Below are positions 62,582 through 64,000 of a DNA stretch of 64,000 nt, one piece after another. This DNA is from Vicinamibacterales bacterium. Lineage in GTDB: Bacteria > Acidobacteriota > Vicinamibacteria > Vicinamibacterales > UBA2999. Under the pieces are notes generated by a model, which was not told the origin of the DNA, ran no database searches, and was given only the letters and a program-made list of their open reading frames with translations. Within the stretch, counting starts at the first letter, position 1. Every line of letters starts with the position of its first letter. The DNA lies in contig DATFRP010000196.1 in NCBI GenBank assembly GCA_035263125.1, forward strand, positions 22,551 to 86,550. The letters run 5' to 3'. The position numbers were made by a program, and so were the translations under genes.

Positions 62582-63481
62582 ATGCGCCACGCTCATCGAG
62601 TGGAACGCGCTGCACTGTCGCTCGTCGTCCTGACCACGCTCGGGTCAGGCAGCGCGGCCGCGCAGATCGATCTCTCCGGCGAATGGGCCGCGCGACTCCA
62701 CGAAGAGGTGCTGCTGCGCAGGGACCCGCCTGGACCGAGCATTGGCGACTACACGGGCCTCCCCGTCAACGACGCTGCGCGCCTCAAAGCCGACAGCTGG
62801 GACGCATCGATCCTCTCGGTGCGCGAGCATCAGACGACGCCCTCGTCGGCGATCTACTGGGCACGATCGCTGGCGAACATGCGCATCACGCCGATCGTCG
62901 ACGAGAAGACACAGCAGATCATCGCATTGAGCATCTACCGCTCGCCCGGCACGGGCGCGGGCGGCACGACCCGCACGATCTGGATGGATGGACGTCCGCA
63001 TCCGCCCGACTTCGCCGCGCACACCTGGCTCGGATTCTCGACGGGACGATGGGAAGGCCCGACGCTCGTCGTGGACACGACGCACCTCAAGATGGGCGTG
63101 ATTCAGCGCAACGGGCTGCCGCACAGCGATCAGGCCACGATGACGGAGCGGTTCTATCGGCACGGCGACGTGCTGACCTATGTCAGCATCGCCGACGATC
63201 CGATCTACCTCGAAGAACCGCTCGTGCGCACGACCAACTGGGTCCTCGATCCCTCGCAGCAGCTCGAACCGATCCCCACCCGCATCGTCGACGAGATTGC
63301 CGGCCAGCCGAAGGGCTACGTGCCGCATCATCTGCCGGGATCGAACCCATATCTGCACGAATTCGCCGATCGCGTCCGGCTCCCGTACGAGGCCGTGCGG
63401 GGCGGGGCGAGAACCATGTATCCTGAATACCAACAACGATTGAAGGAGCTCACGCGAGTGGCTCCGATCCGGCGACCATGA
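62582..63481 (+). CDS. Secreted hypothetical protein
   Basis: Signal peptide MRHAHRVERAALSLVVLTTLGSGSAAAQ. It contains a conserved-looking block HTWLGFSTGRWEGPTLVVDTTHLK. Start ATG 62582; the track start at 62393 is too long. Confidence 0.65.
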   Translation: MRHAHRVERAALSLVVLTTLGSGSAAAQIDLSGEWAARLHEEVLLRRDPPGPSIGDYTGLPVNDAARLKADSWDASILSVREHQTTPSSAIYWARSLANMRITPIVDEKTQQIIALSIYRSPGTGAGGTTRTIWMDGRPHPPDFAAHTWLGFSTGRWEGPTLVVDTTHLKMGVIQRNGLPHSDQATMTERFYRHGDVLTYVSIADDPIYLEEPLVRTTNWVLDPSQQLEPIPTRIVDEIAGQPKGYVPHHLPGSNPYLHEFADRVRLPYEAVRGGARTMYPEYQQRLKELTRVAPIRRP

Positions 63482-63852
63482 CACACATCGGACGACACGT
63501 TGTCATCAACGGCGAGTTCACATCGGATGAAGACCTGCAGATGGACGGCACGATTACAGGCGACATGCAGATCCGCGACGCGACGCTGACCATCGGCGAG
63601 ACTGGCAAGGTCGAAGCCGACATCTACGGTGCGCGTGTCGTCGTGCACGGCATGGTGCGCGGATCGATCACCGCGAGCGCGCGCATCGAGCTGGGCCCTG
63701 CGGCGTCTGTCGAGGGCAACCTCAGCGCCGATCAAGTGGTCATCGCCGAGGGCGCGCGGTTCCAGGGACGCATCGACATGGCCCGACGCACGGTCGCGAT
63801 CAAGATGGCGCAGTACAAGGCCGATCAGGCCGCGGCGGGAGCATCCCGTTAG
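63478..63852 (+). CDS. Bactofilin-family polymer-forming cytoskeletal protein
   Basis: The beta-helical repeat pattern is typical of the bactofilin domain (VVINGEFTSDEDLQMDGTITGDM...TLTIGETGKVEADIYGARVVVHGMVRGSITASARIELGPAASVEGNLSADQVVIAEGARFQGRIDM). An ATGA overlap links it to the upstream gene. Confidence 0.8.
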   Translation: MTHIGRHVVINGEFTSDEDLQMDGTITGDMQIRDATLTIGETGKVEADIYGARVVVHGMVRGSITASARIELGPAASVEGNLSADQVVIAEGARFQGRIDMARRTVAIKMAQYKADQAAAGASR

Positions 63853-64000
63853 CCGTCTTGACCGTTACGATCAGTCACTCATGAGTCCATATTTCCCCGC
63901 TCAAGACGGCTCGCCCCGCGAAGCGGGGCAAGACGACAACGCGTCTAGCGAGGCGGAGCTCTATTACTCTCAGGCGGAGCCTCGCTAGACATGCACCCAC

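Noticed and set aside
63948-63959. 12-mer gcgaggcggagc shared between the hairpins at 29508-29519 and 63948-63959
   Set aside because: A single shared 12-mer in 128 kb of double-stranded GC-rich sequence is expected by chance, and the flanks are not similar.

Overview
This is a 64-kb GC-rich bacterial chromosomal window (about two thirds G+C by eye, not computed). It is densely coding on both strands, with roughly 50 protein genes and one tRNA-Leu(CAA). The gene content includes tandem VWA exoproteins of the acidobacterial VWFA type, ~1,000-aa TonB receptors with CarboxypepD_reg-like N-termini, and CRTAC1/ASPIC-UnbV beta-propellers. I associate this mix with Acidobacteriota-like soil bacteria, which is an inference. 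Left to right the window holds: a CDF transporter 3' end; a ligM-like tetrahydrofolate-dependent aryl O-demethylase with an aromatic-acid MFS symporter; AEC and Bcr/CflA transporters; rex-moaC; an OPT transporter; a secreted Ig-like protein; two tandem VWA paralogs; plsC; carD; a methyltransferase; an ATP-grasp ligase; a VOC protein; a GT1 glycosyltransferase; and an orphan 815-aa HerA/FtsK-like P-loop NTPase. Next comes a long minus-strand string (hom, thrB, thrC, sirC-like, cobA, sulfite reductase, M3 peptidase), then aguB-aguA and a ~600-aa TonB receptor. An ~18-kb locus follows with two giant TonB receptors, a LysR regulator and three iterated CRTAC1/TPR gene pairs. The window ends with a DMT transporter, a cytochrome c-fused PHM/DBH-like copper monooxygenase, ogt, an M16 peptidase, a GT-C membrane protein, tRNA-Leu with a lower-GC islet carrying a decayed tyrosine recombinase, and a secreted protein coupled to a bactofilin. 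The most unusual observations are: (i) the iterated receptor / CRTAC1 / TPR locus; (ii) several families of short palindromic and heptad-phased repeats at gene 3' ends, which in several cases sit in-frame inside coding sequence; (iii) an array of eight GC mini-hairpins with GAA/TTC loops between the MFS gene and ligM. I saw no CRISPR array, rRNA, intact transposase or prophage. Many long ORFs in the six-frame track are antisense shadows typical of high-GC DNA and were not called.
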